Source: a virus
DNA length: 64,000 nt
IMG/VR virus record: IMGVR_UViG_3300045988_180522
Strand: one strand, 5' to 3'
Under the pieces are notes generated by a model. The model searched no databases, was not told the origin of the DNA, and saw only the letters and a program-made list of their open reading frames with translations. The translations under genes and the position numbers were made by a program. Below are positions 41,694-51,832 of this stretch, in pieces. Positions within the stretch are counted from its first letter, which is position 1. Each line of letters opens with the position of its first letter.

Positions 41694-41723
41694 CCACAGT
41701 CTTATGACTGTGGTTTCATTTTT
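41694..41723 (+). terminator. rho-independent terminator
   Basis: perfect 8-bp stem ccacagtc/gactgtgg, 4-nt loop, then tttcattttt. Confidence 0.6.
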
Positions 41724-41759
41724 CCTCATATACTGTTATCCCGGTATAAATATTTTATT

Positions 41760-41767
41760 TATATTTG
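41760..41767 (+). promoter_or_regulatory. candidate -7 element TATATTTG upstream of tRNA
   Basis: TAnnTTTG match ~50 nt before tRNA 5-prime end; no clean -33 TTTG. Confidence 0.25.
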
Positions 41768-41817
41768 CATGTAGTAAATTGAATTAGTGATTAGTGGAGG
41801 GCCCTTAAGGGCTCTTT

Positions 41818-41890
41818 GGCCTGGTAACTCAATGCATAGAGTGACTCCGTCCTAAGGAGTAAGTTGCGGGTTGGAGTCCCGCCCGGGCCA
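41818..41890 (+). tRNA. tRNA-Arg (anticodon CCU) with atypical D- and T-loops
   Basis: 73-nt cloverleaf: 7-bp acceptor GGCCUGG/CCGGGCC (one G-U), 4-bp D stem, 5-bp anticodon stem, loop GUCCUAA, 5-nt variable loop, 5-bp T stem; T-loop TTGGAGT has G at position 56 and D-loop lacks GG. Confidence 0.55.
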
Positions 41891-41908
41891 CTGGTAAAAG
41901 TAAGATAT

Positions 41909-42100
41909 ATGAAAGAGATGACTAAGGAAAAATGGATTATGTTTGTGGTTATAGTATCTGTACTTGCTATTATAGCCGGATTTGCAAAGTTATGTCCTTT
42001 CTGGGTTACCTTATCTGTGATCCTGTCCATGATCATAGGCTTTAATGCAGGATGGGTTTTCAGGAAATGGTATAGTGAAAATGTACACAATAATAAATAG
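41909..42100 (+). CDS. small two-TM membrane protein
   Basis: ORF track 41864..42100 trimmed to first ATG beyond the tRNA; hydrophobic helices. Confidence 0.45.
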   Translation: MKEMTKEKWIMFVVIVSVLAIIAGFAKLCPFWVTLSVILSMIIGFNAGWVFRKWYSENVHNNK

Positions 42101-42108
42101 ATACAGTT

Positions 42109-42558
42109 ATGGAAATTATAGGAGACTTCGAACTGCCCGGAGATATAGAGAAATCCACCATCTCCCGGCCCTATGACATCAAAACATACCTCAACAGAAT
42201 TGAAGGATACAAAACAAAGATCAAAAACCTCCACTGGTCTGTAAAGCTTCTCCCCTATATTGAGAAGAATGAGCTACATGAACATCTGGACGAACTTCTT
42301 GACCTGGTTTCTGACTATGAGGATGTGGTAGCAGAAAATTATATGGGAACTTTCGGGGTTCTTCCTCTTGGATTCCTTTCAGGTGTGCAGCCTGAAACAA
42401 ATGACCCTCTTGAACTTATTGATAAGATCAGGACAGATCTTGAAGGATTTCATTCTGCTTATTCTTCTGATCTGAAATACATAGGTATTATCAATGCTAC
42501 TGAGGATCTGTTACAGGAACTTCCGGTTAAAAAATACCTGATAGACCAATGCAAGTAG
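42109..42558 (+). CDS. hypothetical protein
   Basis: ORF track. Confidence 0.5.
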   Translation: MEIIGDFELPGDIEKSTISRPYDIKTYLNRIEGYKTKIKNLHWSVKLLPYIEKNELHEHLDELLDLVSDYEDVVAENYMGTFGVLPLGFLSGVQPETNDPLELIDKIRTDLEGFHSAYSSDLKYIGIINATEDLLQELPVKKYLIDQCK

Positions 42559-42944
42559 GATATCTGGAGGATACACGGTATATAATAGAATATGAAGTAG
42601 CTTCAAAGTCAAGGTACTACGGGGTGAAGTTGTCATATAAGGAGTCATGCACTGAACCTGTATCCTGTGAAGATCATGTTCTGTATACATGGACAATATA
42701 CGCCAGTGTTCCGTATGACAGTACACAGAAAGTACCGGATTATAAAAAGCTCATGCCTGGTGATGTAAAGATAGAGGGAGATGTTGCAGTATGTGAACTT
42801 ATACAGGTTACCACTGCCTGTGAGGGAACTGACACAGTATCTGCTTCTGACGGGACATACAGGTCCATACATCTTAATCTGAGAAGGGGTATAGACATGT
42901 ACCTTGTAAACAGGCTGAAAAACTATGCGGGAATAAAGTACTAA
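42549..42944 (+). CDS. hypothetical protein
   Basis: ORF track. Confidence 0.5.
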   Translation: MQVGYLEDTRYIIEYEVASKSRYYGVKLSYKESCTEPVSCEDHVLYTWTIYASVPYDSTQKVPDYKKLMPGDVKIEGDVAVCELIQVTTACEGTDTVSASDGTYRSIHLNLRRGIDMYLVNRLKNYAGIKY

Positions 42945-43202
42945 CCTTCATGATGTATAAATCTGACAGGAGCATAAAGATTTCTTTATGCTCTTGTTGT
43001 ATATATTATTTATATGGTATATATTTGTGTGGTTAATCTATAGTATATGGATAAGAATATTTTATACAGGATAGTTGCTTTCGATACTCTGAGAGGCTTG
43101 GAAGATTATCTTAACGCCAACAGTATTGACAGGGGATCTATTGTTTCGATACTTCCTAATGGAGGACAGTATATTCTTATATGGCTGAGGAACATATAAA
43201 CT

Positions 43203-43418
43203 GTGGTTCTGATGGATACTGAAAATGAAGATAAGGTATATTATTGTGCCGGATGCCTGTCACTGGCTGTTGTGCAGTTTCAGGATCAGGATTATTGCCG
43301 TGACTGCGGAAGTGATGATATAAGGGTAGCCGGGATAGAAGAATGGGAAAAGTTATACAAGGATAAGTATCATAAATGTTTTATAAACCAAAAGAGAAAT
43401 GAAGGAAGAAGAAGTTAA
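43203..43418 (+). CDS. small zinc-ribbon protein
   Basis: CAGC...CRDC Cys4 arrangement. Confidence 0.45.
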   Translation: MVLMDTENEDKVYYCAGCLSLAVVQFQDQDYCRDCGSDDIRVAGIEEWEKLYKDKYHKCFINQKRNEGRRS

Positions 43419-43749
43419 AAAAGGTACTCCTGCACTTGGAGTAAGTAAGAAAATGTCATATGAGCAGATGGCTCAGCAGCTTAATACTGCACAGACTATT
43501 CTGGATCAGCAGGCCGGGCAGTTCCGTGAATTGCAGAACAGATACAATATGGCAGTACGCCGTATTCAGGAACTTGAATACGGGAATGTAGCACTGCGTA
43601 TCAAAACATGTTTTGATGTGCTGGATCATGAATCTCATTTCAGTGTTGACTTTGTAAATGAGTGTGTGAAAGAAATCGAGGAAATTATGACCCCCAAGGC
43701 CCCGGAGGTGGAAGAAGAGGATAAGGAAAATCCGGATGCCGGGGAATAA
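43399..43749 (+). CDS. hypothetical coiled-coil protein
   Basis: ORF track. Confidence 0.45.
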   Translation: MKEEEVKKGTPALGVSKKMSYEQMAQQLNTAQTILDQQAGQFRELQNRYNMAVRRIQELEYGNVALRIKTCFDVLDHESHFSVDFVNECVKEIEEIMTPKAPEVEEEDKENPDAGE

Positions 43750-44122
43750 GAATATTCTCAGTATCCCTGTCAGGCCCCAGGATTTTTTCAGATCCTGGGT
43801 TGCTTTGACAAGGCCTGTACACAAGCTCACAGATACTGAATCGGAGGTATTTGCCTGTTTCCTTAAACACAGGCATGAGCTTAGTAAATCAATCAGTGAC
43901 CCTGACTTGCTGGATAAAGTACTTATGAGTGAGGATGTCAAGAAGAAAATCAGGGAGGAGTGCAATATCAAGGGCCCGCATTTTCAGATGGTCATGGTTA
44001 GAATAAGGAAGAAAAAAGTACTGGTAGGAGGGAAGTTTATAAGACTTCTGATTCCCAATCTTACCGATGAATCACAGCCTTTCGGGCTGACATTTGTTCT
44101 TGATATACAAAATGCTGGATAA
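43736..44122 (+). CDS. hypothetical protein
   Basis: ORF track. Confidence 0.45.
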   Translation: MPGNKNILSIPVRPQDFFRSWVALTRPVHKLTDTESEVFACFLKHRHELSKSISDPDLLDKVLMSEDVKKKIREECNIKGPHFQMVMVRIRKKKVLVGGKFIRLLIPNLTDESQPFGLTFVLDIQNAG

Positions 44123-44429
44123 ATATATAAAAGAAGCATCGGAGAAATTCGGAGTTCCTGAAAAGGTAGTAAAGGCTGTATGTGATTCTGCTTGCAGGCT
44201 GGTTAAAAGGACTATGAGAGGAGTACATGCAAACCGTGTTCTTAGTGAGGAAGAATTCAGGGCACTCAAGCCATGTGTTAATTTCAGCGGTCTTGGAAAA
44301 TTATATATACCCTATACCAAGTATTCAAATATTAAATCACGCCGATTAGAAAAAGTAAAAAGATATCATGAAAGTATTAAAGAAAGTAACACCGAGATAC
44401 ACGAAGGTCCTGACCACAGCGAACATTGA
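44094..44429 (+). CDS. hypothetical protein
   Basis: ORF track. Confidence 0.4.
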   Translation: MFLIYKMLDKYIKEASEKFGVPEKVVKAVCDSACRLVKRTMRGVHANRVLSEEEFRALKPCVNFSGLGKLYIPYTKYSNIKSRRLEKVKRYHESIKESNTEIHEGPDHSEH

Positions 44430-44766
44430 AATCCAGAAAGCCTATTTTGCTGGTACGAATGTGGAGGATCCGGGTAAGACAATTACAGGTTATTCTTCTA
44501 TTCAGAAAGTAGTAGCCTTAGGTCCGTCATGTACAGGATTGAAAGTAGGGGATCATGTGCTGATAGATTTTTCAAGATATGCCAGACCTGTACAGTCCCA
44601 GTCACTCCGTAATCATGTGAAGGGGGAAGAATATTCTGTACAGATGTCTTTCAATATTCCGGTAATCATTCTTGATGGTGAGGAATACCTCGACCTCCAG
44701 GACAATGACATCGTATATATTGTTGATGACTTTGAGGAAGTATCAGAATGTAAATGTGATGCATAA
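44368..44766 (+). CDS. hypothetical protein
   Basis: ORF track. Confidence 0.45.
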   Translation: MKVLKKVTPRYTKVLTTANIEIQKAYFAGTNVEDPGKTITGYSSIQKVVALGPSCTGLKVGDHVLIDFSRYARPVQSQSLRNHVKGEEYSVQMSFNIPVIILDGEEYLDLQDNDIVYIVDDFEEVSECKCDA

Positions 44767-45326
44767 TGGAACTTGTCAGGTTTGAAAATTACGGTATTAC
44801 CATATCTCCGGAGGCCTTACTGATAAGGCCTCTTGCTGTATTATGGAAAAGGGATAAAAGTGTAGGAAAAGCAAAAGCCCTGCAAGAGATAGGGTATATT
44901 TATTTTATGTATGATCCTGCCTCGAACTACAGGATGGGAATACCTGATGAAGATGACAGGAAGGAAGAAATTCTCAGGGATTTAGGCCTCCCCCGGACCT
45001 GGAAGCCTGATAATGATGTACAGAAGGCTGTAGATTACTATATCAATATGCCTCATATGAATACAGAGGAAATAAATACACTGGATTCGTTTATGTCCCT
45101 TCTGATTAAGATCAGGGACCAGTGTAAGAATATAGACTATACAGCATCGGATGATCCTATAAAGGCTATGAAGGATAGTATAGGTCTTATTAAACAGGTT
45201 CCGGAAGTAGTGGAATCCCTGTCAAAAACTAAAAAGTTAATACTGGCCTCTATAGAGGAAGAGGGCCGGAAGAGAGGTAAAACAATGAAAAAGATAGGAG
45301 AAGATGGGTTCGGTAATTTCGTATGA
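44766..45326 (+). CDS. hypothetical protein
   Basis: ORF track. Confidence 0.5.
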   Translation: MELVRFENYGITISPEALLIRPLAVLWKRDKSVGKAKALQEIGYIYFMYDPASNYRMGIPDEDDRKEEILRDLGLPRTWKPDNDVQKAVDYYINMPHMNTEEINTLDSFMSLLIKIRDQCKNIDYTASDDPIKAMKDSIGLIKQVPEVVESLSKTKKLILASIEEEGRKRGKTMKKIGEDGFGNFV

Positions 45327-45624
45327 TGATCTCAGAAGGATGTCATTCGGGATCAACAGGTATCTTGATTCTATACGTGACAAAGCAGGGAGCCATGAGG
45401 AGAGCAGGATTTTCCTTGGATTTTCTTCATCTGTTAAAAAGGTGGGAGGGATCTCGCTTGGCAGGGAATATGTTATTTCTGTAATGTATAAGGGCCGGGA
45501 GGTGAGTAATATTATTACCAGGGATATGGATAGTGCTCCGGAACTGCTGGTGGAAAAGTTTATAGAACTCACACATGATGAGGATTTTATAAAGGAGGCT
45601 GTGTATGGGAATAGTGATGAATAA
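45304..45624 (+). CDS. hypothetical protein (positional candidate for small terminase; no motif support)
   Basis: immediately upstream of large terminase, overlapping its start. Confidence 0.4.
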   Translation: MGSVISYDDLRRMSFGINRYLDSIRDKAGSHEESRIFLGFSSSVKKVGGISLGREYVISVMYKGREVSNIITRDMDSAPELLVEKFIELTHDEDFIKEAVYGNSDE

Positions 45625-47878
45625 ATATCAGACCCCTCTTTCTGATGATTTTATGATGTCCCTGAATGAAGAGGTAAGGGACTGGCTGCTGGAAAGCCTT
45701 AATATTCAGTTTATAAAGAATCTGGTATCACCGGACAGGGAATTTGCTAAGGACAGGCCGAGGGACAAGAATGGAAGGATTATTGTAGATCTGTGTAATC
45801 CGCATATCCTGACTGATATGGATTATTTTCAGCCTACAGCAAATTATTACAGGGAACATGGTGTGCTGACAGGATTAAGGCCTAATTCGAACAGGAACTC
45901 AGAATACGGTAAATGGCTTGCTGAAGAGGTTAACAGATGCTGGTATGGGTATGTAAGGCCTAAGGATGGAGAGTGGGTTTCCGGTGATATGTATTTCTAT
46001 CTCAACTATTCTCCTATCATACAGAATATAATGGATGAGGAGACAGGAGTGTTTGACCGTATAATGGATTTCCCGAAGATGTGGGAGCTGATATATCTGA
46101 GGTCCCACTATCATTATCAGGCAAGATTCGGCGGGATATACAATGATTTTAAGAAAGGACAGCATGCCTTTGAGATAGCCAAGCGTGGTGCTTCAAAAAG
46201 TTATTATATGGCATCTATACTTGCCAAGCTTATTATGCTTGGTGAGAACAGGAAGGCCTATAAGAATACCAGAGGGGTTATATATGCCACTGACAAGGAA
46301 AAACTGGTGAAGGACGGGACATTGAATAAATTTCTTGATATACTTGATTTCTGTGCTGAAAATACACAGTTTCCGACACAAAGGGTAGTAGATTCCCTTG
46401 ATAAAATGACGTGGGAGATGGGATATAAGGACCTTGATACTATGTCGAATAAAGGTACTGGTAACACAACCCTTGGTGTTGTAGTAGGGGATAAGTCGGG
46501 TAAAGGGCGTGGTAAGAGGGCTAACAGGCAGATATATGAAGAGATAGGTGAATTCCCGAATCTTCTTGACGTATATACTACCAACAGAAGGTCAGTAGAG
46601 GAAGGAGGTCACTCATTCGGCCAAAGTATTGGAGTAGGTACGGGCGGGTCTAAAGAGGCTAATTTTTCCGGATGTATGGAGATCATCTTCAATCCTGCCG
46701 GGTACAATATATATGGTCTGCCTAATGTATTCGACAAGTCCGGAGGCTCTAAGAAATGTATCCTGTTTATGGGGGCCTATATGAACAGGGCAGGATGTTA
46801 CAATAAGGACGGGGTGTCAGATGTTTCTAAAGCCCTCCTTGAGATCCTTGAGGAAAGGAGAGTCATAAAATACAACTCCTCCAGGTCCTCTACCCTTGAC
46901 CAGGCTATTGCAGAAGACCCTATTACCATACAGGAGGCTATCCTTAAGAAAACTACCTCAGGATATCCTGTAGCTGCCCTTGCTGAGCAGTTACAGAAAA
47001 TAGATACTACAGCAGGATATCTGGATAGCATATATGTAGGAGATCTTGTACAGGATGAGACAGGACAGCCTAAACTGGTTACAGGTCCGGAATATGTCCC
47101 TCTGAGAACCTTTCCTCATAAGGATAACAGACAACCTGGAGCTATAGAATTCCATGCTTTCCCTGTAAAAGGAGCTGATGGTAAAGTAATGAGTAACAGA
47201 TATATAGCCGGAGGAGATACTTTTGACGATGATTCATCAGATACTTTATCATTAGGTAGTATTTATGTACTTGACCTGTTTACTGATGAGATAGTATGTG
47301 AGTATACAGGAAGGGAGGATTTTGCAGACCAGTTCTATGAGAAGTGCAGGCTGATATGCTTATATTACAATGCCAGACTGAACTACGAGAACAATAAGAA
47401 GGGATTATATACATACTTTTCCAAGATGCATTGTATCTATTTGCTTACAGAAGTTCTTGATTATCTTAAAAGTAAAGAGCCTGCAAAGGATCTTCACGGT
47501 AATAAGAGCCGTGGTACACAATCTACTGAACCAGTAAAATCTTACGGCCGTGACAGGATAAAGACATGGTTGTGTGCTCCTGTCCCCAGCCCTGATTCCA
47601 CAGATGAAAACCCCATCTCCAGGCCCCGGCTGTATACCCTGAGATCAAGGGCCCTTATACAGGAACTTATCCAATGGGATCCCAATGGCAACTATGACAG
47701 GCATGATGCATTGCTTATGCTTATGCTGCTGAGGGAGGAGATGCTGAGACTTTCAAAGGGGGATGTAAAAGGAAGATTCAGGGAAAAGGATCCTCTGGAC
47801 AGGTCAGGGGATAAATTTTTCTCCAGATATGATAAGATAGTGGAAGCCAGAAAGAAGCATCAGAAACATATATTGTGA
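45605..47878 (+). CDS. terL: terminase large subunit
   Basis: Walker A-like AKRGASKS, Walker B-like QIYEEIGEF, C-terminal nuclease Asp cluster IAGGDTFDDDSSDT. Confidence 0.7.
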   Translation: MGIVMNKYQTPLSDDFMMSLNEEVRDWLLESLNIQFIKNLVSPDREFAKDRPRDKNGRIIVDLCNPHILTDMDYFQPTANYYREHGVLTGLRPNSNRNSEYGKWLAEEVNRCWYGYVRPKDGEWVSGDMYFYLNYSPIIQNIMDEETGVFDRIMDFPKMWELIYLRSHYHYQARFGGIYNDFKKGQHAFEIAKRGASKSYYMASILAKLIMLGENRKAYKNTRGVIYATDKEKLVKDGTLNKFLDILDFCAENTQFPTQRVVDSLDKMTWEMGYKDLDTMSNKGTGNTTLGVVVGDKSGKGRGKRANRQIYEEIGEFPNLLDVYTTNRRSVEEGGHSFGQSIGVGTGGSKEANFSGCMEIIFNPAGYNIYGLPNVFDKSGGSKKCILFMGAYMNRAGCYNKDGVSDVSKALLEILEERRVIKYNSSRSSTLDQAIAEDPITIQEAILKKTTSGYPVAALAEQLQKIDTTAGYLDSIYVGDLVQDETGQPKLVTGPEYVPLRTFPHKDNRQPGAIEFHAFPVKGADGKVMSNRYIAGGDTFDDDSSDTLSLGSIYVLDLFTDEIVCEYTGREDFADQFYEKCRLICLYYNARLNYENNKKGLYTYFSKMHCIYLLTEVLDYLKSKEPAKDLHGNKSRGTQSTEPVKSYGRDRIKTWLCAPVPSPDSTDENPISRPRLYTLRSRALIQELIQWDPNGNYDRHDALLMLMLLREEMLRLSKGDVKGRFREKDPLDRSGDKFFSRYDKIVEARKKHQKHIL

Positions 47879-47978
47879 TTACTGATAATAATATATTATC
47901 TATAGGAACAACAACAATATTTGTGTCGTTGGTATTTAATGTTTAATGTTTTAGATTTGTAGGTATAACAAGTATACT

Positions 47979-50345
47979 ATGTATCAACTTAAGAATTTGC
48001 CGCCACAGAAGCTCCCTTATACAAAGAAGACAAAGGAGTGGAGGAAGAAACATTTGGATTGGGCTGACAGGAAGTCATTTTTCAATGACAATTTTGTCCG
48101 CAAGTCCGTGATACATAAAATGATCAATTATGATCTTCTGAGAGGTAATCTGCATATGGGAGACCTTCAGATGATTATAAATCCTGATAATGTAGAGGCT
48201 GCCTATATACCTGAAAAGATACAGCATTATCCTATCATGAATTCAAAGCTTGAGGTATTAAGAGGGGAGGAATATAAGAGAAGATTTGATTTCAGGGTAG
48301 TGGTTACAGATCCTAACTCTATCAGTTTCAGGGAAGATCAGAAGAAAGAAGAGCTTTTCAGTGTCCTTCAGAGCATAATAGCCGATACCTCTGACAATGA
48401 GCAGCAGTTCAATGAAAGGGTCCAGGAGGCCAGTGATTATTATATGCATGAGTGGCAGGACCTCAGGGAAATAAGAGCCAATGCATTACTCAGGCATTAT
48501 TATAAGGAGCTGGAATGTAGGGATAAATTCAATGACGGGATCATGGATGCCATGGCTGTCGGAGAAGAAATATATCAGTGTGAGATAGTATCAGGCGAGC
48601 CTGTGATAAACAGGCTTAATCCTTTAAAGGTAAGGATATTCAGGAATGGATATTCAAACAGGGTAGAGGATGCTGATATGATAGTACTGGAAGACTTCTG
48701 GTCTCCGGGACGTATAATTGATTATTTTTATGATTCGCTGACAGAGGAAGATATAAACTATATAGAGAAAATCCCGTTCTCACCTGTTGAAGGAGACGAT
48801 GATATACAGGGGATAGATGAAAGGGCAGGATTTATGTTCCTTCCTGATGAAGGAGGAGAAGCCTTCGGACAGGGAATAGTGCCTGACTCATCGGTATTCT
48901 TCGGGGAAATACCTGGCAGAAGTTCCATGTATTATGATCTGGCAGGTAATATAAGAGTACTCAGGGTATACTGGAAATCCAGAAGAAAGGTGAAAATGGT
49001 GACATCATTCGATGAGAATGGTGATAAGGTGGTTACCTTCCAGAATGAAGATTATGTCATTTCGGAAGAACTGGGGGAGACAGAGAAGATCTTTTGGATA
49101 AACCAGGCTTGGGGAGGCACCAAGATAGGGAAAAATATATATGTGAATATGGGTCCTCTTCCTATACAGTTTTTTCGTATGTCAAATCCTTCAAGATGTC
49201 ATTTCGGAATCATAGGGACTCTGTATAACCTGAATGATCATTCCCCGTTCTCTATGGTGGATATTATGAAGCCGTTCAACTACTTATATGATGCAGTATA
49301 TGACAGGCTTGTAAAAGCTATATCATCATACTGGGGTACATTGTACGATCTTGACATGGCTCAGGTCCCGGAGGACTGGGATATAGATAAATGGCTGTAT
49401 TTTGCCAAAGTATCCCATATAGCTGTAAAAAATAGCTTCAATGAAGGCTCGAAGGGGGCTGCTACAGGTAAGATCGCTGGTAACTACGCCAATAACAGCA
49501 GGGGTATGATGTCTGCCGGGGATGGTAATTACATACAGCAACTGATCAATATACTGGAATATATCCCTGTCAAGATGTCTGAACTGATAGGTATATCAAG
49601 ACAGAGGGAAGGTCAGATTGATAACAGGGAAACCGTAGGAGGAGTGGAAAGGTCTACCTTACAGTCGTCACATATTACAGAATGGCTGTTTATAAAGCAT
49701 AACAGCCTGAAAAGGAGAGTACTGGAATGCCTTCTTGAACTGGCAAAAGCATGTGCCAGAGGGAGGACACTGAAATTCCCTTATCTGTTATCAGATAATT
49801 CACTGGCCATGTGTGAAATAGACGGGGATGAATTTGCTGAATCAGACTACGGACTGGTAGTGGATACTGACTCTGAAGTACTGGCTCAGAAGCTTGATGC
49901 TTTGGCTGCCAATGCTTTACAGCATAACAGGCTTGATTTTTCAACCATCATGAAAATATACACCTCACAGTCATTGGCTGATACCCAGAGGATGATAGAA
50001 AAGAATGAGAAGGAGGTAAGAGACAGGGAGATGCAGGCACAGAGGGAGGCTAATGAGGTAAGGATGTCAGAGATAGAGAATGAATCAAGGATGCGTGAGG
50101 CAGAACTTGCCCAGAAGCAGGAAGCTAACATACGTGATAATGAGACTAAGATACTTATTGCGGGAATGTCTTCCAATGAACAGGCCTCTCCCGGCCCAGG
50201 ATCTGATGAATTGCTGGAGAAAATAAGGCAGTTCAATGAAAAGATGAAGCTGGACAGAGAGAAACTGGCTCTTGACAAGACTAAGCATGATGATGATATA
50301 GCATTGAGAAAGAAGGAATTATCCTATAAAAATACTAAAAAATGA
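47979..50345 (+). CDS. portal protein (probable)
   Basis: position after TerL, size, long acidic coiled-coil C-terminus. Confidence 0.5.
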   Translation: MYQLKNLPPQKLPYTKKTKEWRKKHLDWADRKSFFNDNFVRKSVIHKMINYDLLRGNLHMGDLQMIINPDNVEAAYIPEKIQHYPIMNSKLEVLRGEEYKRRFDFRVVVTDPNSISFREDQKKEELFSVLQSIIADTSDNEQQFNERVQEASDYYMHEWQDLREIRANALLRHYYKELECRDKFNDGIMDAMAVGEEIYQCEIVSGEPVINRLNPLKVRIFRNGYSNRVEDADMIVLEDFWSPGRIIDYFYDSLTEEDINYIEKIPFSPVEGDDDIQGIDERAGFMFLPDEGGEAFGQGIVPDSSVFFGEIPGRSSMYYDLAGNIRVLRVYWKSRRKVKMVTSFDENGDKVVTFQNEDYVISEELGETEKIFWINQAWGGTKIGKNIYVNMGPLPIQFFRMSNPSRCHFGIIGTLYNLNDHSPFSMVDIMKPFNYLYDAVYDRLVKAISSYWGTLYDLDMAQVPEDWDIDKWLYFAKVSHIAVKNSFNEGSKGAATGKIAGNYANNSRGMMSAGDGNYIQQLINILEYIPVKMSELIGISRQREGQIDNRETVGGVERSTLQSSHITEWLFIKHNSLKRRVLECLLELAKACARGRTLKFPYLLSDNSLAMCEIDGDEFAESDYGLVVDTDSEVLAQKLDALAANALQHNRLDFSTIMKIYTSQSLADTQRMIEKNEKEVRDREMQAQREANEVRMSEIENESRMREAELAQKQEANIRDNETKILIAGMSSNEQASPGPGSDELLEKIRQFNEKMKLDREKLALDKTKHDDDIALRKKELSYKNTKK

Positions 50346-51829
50346 CCAAACAGGATCTTGAACAGATAAGAAGGTATTTCCTCGAAAAAGGTATCAGGGA
50401 CACTGACCTGAAAAAGGCTAATGCACTGGATGGTACTGAGATATGGGGAGTTGTACAGGGAGGAAAATCAGTAAAGATATCCATGAAGGATATACTGGTA
50501 TTCCTGAAGCCTTTGATGGATGAAAATGACGGACTGTTCTGCGGATTCCATACATCTGAGGAGAACCTGAAGGGGTTATATCCTACAGCTAAGGAAGGGG
50601 CATATGCGTGGGTGATAACAGAGGAATTTCCTGATTACCCTGGAGAAGTATATACATACAGTCTGCTGCACGGATGGGTGGCTACTGGTGTAAAAGCTTC
50701 TGACAGTTCCAAGGTAGAGCTGGATGATTATATCAAGTCACAGGAGGTGGATGAGATCAGTAAATTACCTGATTATACAGCCTCCAGGGCTATTATGGAT
50801 GGTTCCGGTAATATCATAGAAGATACATATGTAAGGAGGGATGAGCTGATAGACGGGGCTATAAAGGGAGATTCTTACCTCCCTGAATTTAATACCAGTG
50901 TATTTCTTATTACAAAGGAACAGGTACAATATCCAAGTTTCCTGAGGTCTACAATAAGGGCTATTTCAGGCACCGGATATGTAAGGGATACACTGGCTAT
51001 GTTCGAGGTATACGGGCTTAATGAGGCCAGTCAGGAAACTCTGATACAGGCAAGTACAGAGTTACAGAATTCCCTTATGTTCGACATATCTGTGTCTAAG
51101 TATAAACTGATCAGGGTTAAAATATTTCAGGACCTTAAGAAATCCATACTACTGTATACGCAGGATATTCCTGTAGTAAGGGACGGAATAGACGGGAAAA
51201 ATGGAAAGGATGGAATAGATGGCACAAATGGCTCTGATGGTACTAATGGTACTGACGGTCAGACTCCGTATATAGGGAGTAATGGCAACTGGTGGATAGG
51301 GGATAAGGATCTTGGCATTCTTGCACAAGGGACTAATGGAGCTCCTGGAAAAGACGGAGCTACTCCTACAATTGAGATAAGTGACCATGACACATGGGTA
51401 ATCAATGGGGAGGATACAGGGAAGAGGACGAACGGGAGGCCCTACCTTCTTACAGCCAGAATATATAATAATACTAATATGGATATCCCGCTTAAAATAA
51501 ACGGGTATAAGGATCCTAATTATTTAGACAGGGTTACGGTAGGAAGATACGACGATATGATACGTGTTCTTCTATATCCTTCCTCTTCTGTTACAGTTGA
51601 AAAACTGTATATGAGAGTAATGAATAATGTATTTACTACTACATACCCAGTAATGGACTACAGGTATACCACATCTACTGTAACAAGTATAAAGCAGGAA
51701 AGGGATTATGTGTCTATTGTTATACTGCTTGCAGATTTCAACGGAGATGCGAATTACCATGAAGAAAGAAGTGATCTTATGATATTCATACCATCACTGC
51801 TTGATAGTGATTATTTCCGTACTTTATAG
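50342..51829 (+). CDS. structural protein with collagen-like Gly-X-Y repeats
   Basis: GIDGKNGKDGIDGTNGSDGTNGTDGQ ... GAPGKDGATP. Confidence 0.6.
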   Translation: MTKQDLEQIRRYFLEKGIRDTDLKKANALDGTEIWGVVQGGKSVKISMKDILVFLKPLMDENDGLFCGFHTSEENLKGLYPTAKEGAYAWVITEEFPDYPGEVYTYSLLHGWVATGVKASDSSKVELDDYIKSQEVDEISKLPDYTASRAIMDGSGNIIEDTYVRRDELIDGAIKGDSYLPEFNTSVFLITKEQVQYPSFLRSTIRAISGTGYVRDTLAMFEVYGLNEASQETLIQASTELQNSLMFDISVSKYKLIRVKIFQDLKKSILLYTQDIPVVRDGIDGKNGKDGIDGTNGSDGTNGTDGQTPYIGSNGNWWIGDKDLGILAQGTNGAPGKDGATPTIEISDHDTWVINGEDTGKRTNGRPYLLTARIYNNTNMDIPLKINGYKDPNYLDRVTVGRYDDMIRVLLYPSSSVTVEKLYMRVMNNVFTTTYPVMDYRYTTSTVTSIKQERDYVSIVILLADFNGDANYHEERSDLMIFIPSLLDSDYFRTL

Positions 51830-51832
51830 GCT

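Noticed and set aside
41864-41908. N-terminal extension of ORF 41864..42100 (TTG start)
   Set aside because: It overlaps the tRNA-Arg gene on the same strand. The first ATG at 41909 gives a sensible membrane protein.
50190-50200. CCNGGNCCNGG copies being a protein-level Pro-Gly motif
   Set aside because: Only this copy encodes PGPG. Other copies are in different frames and strands, or intergenic.
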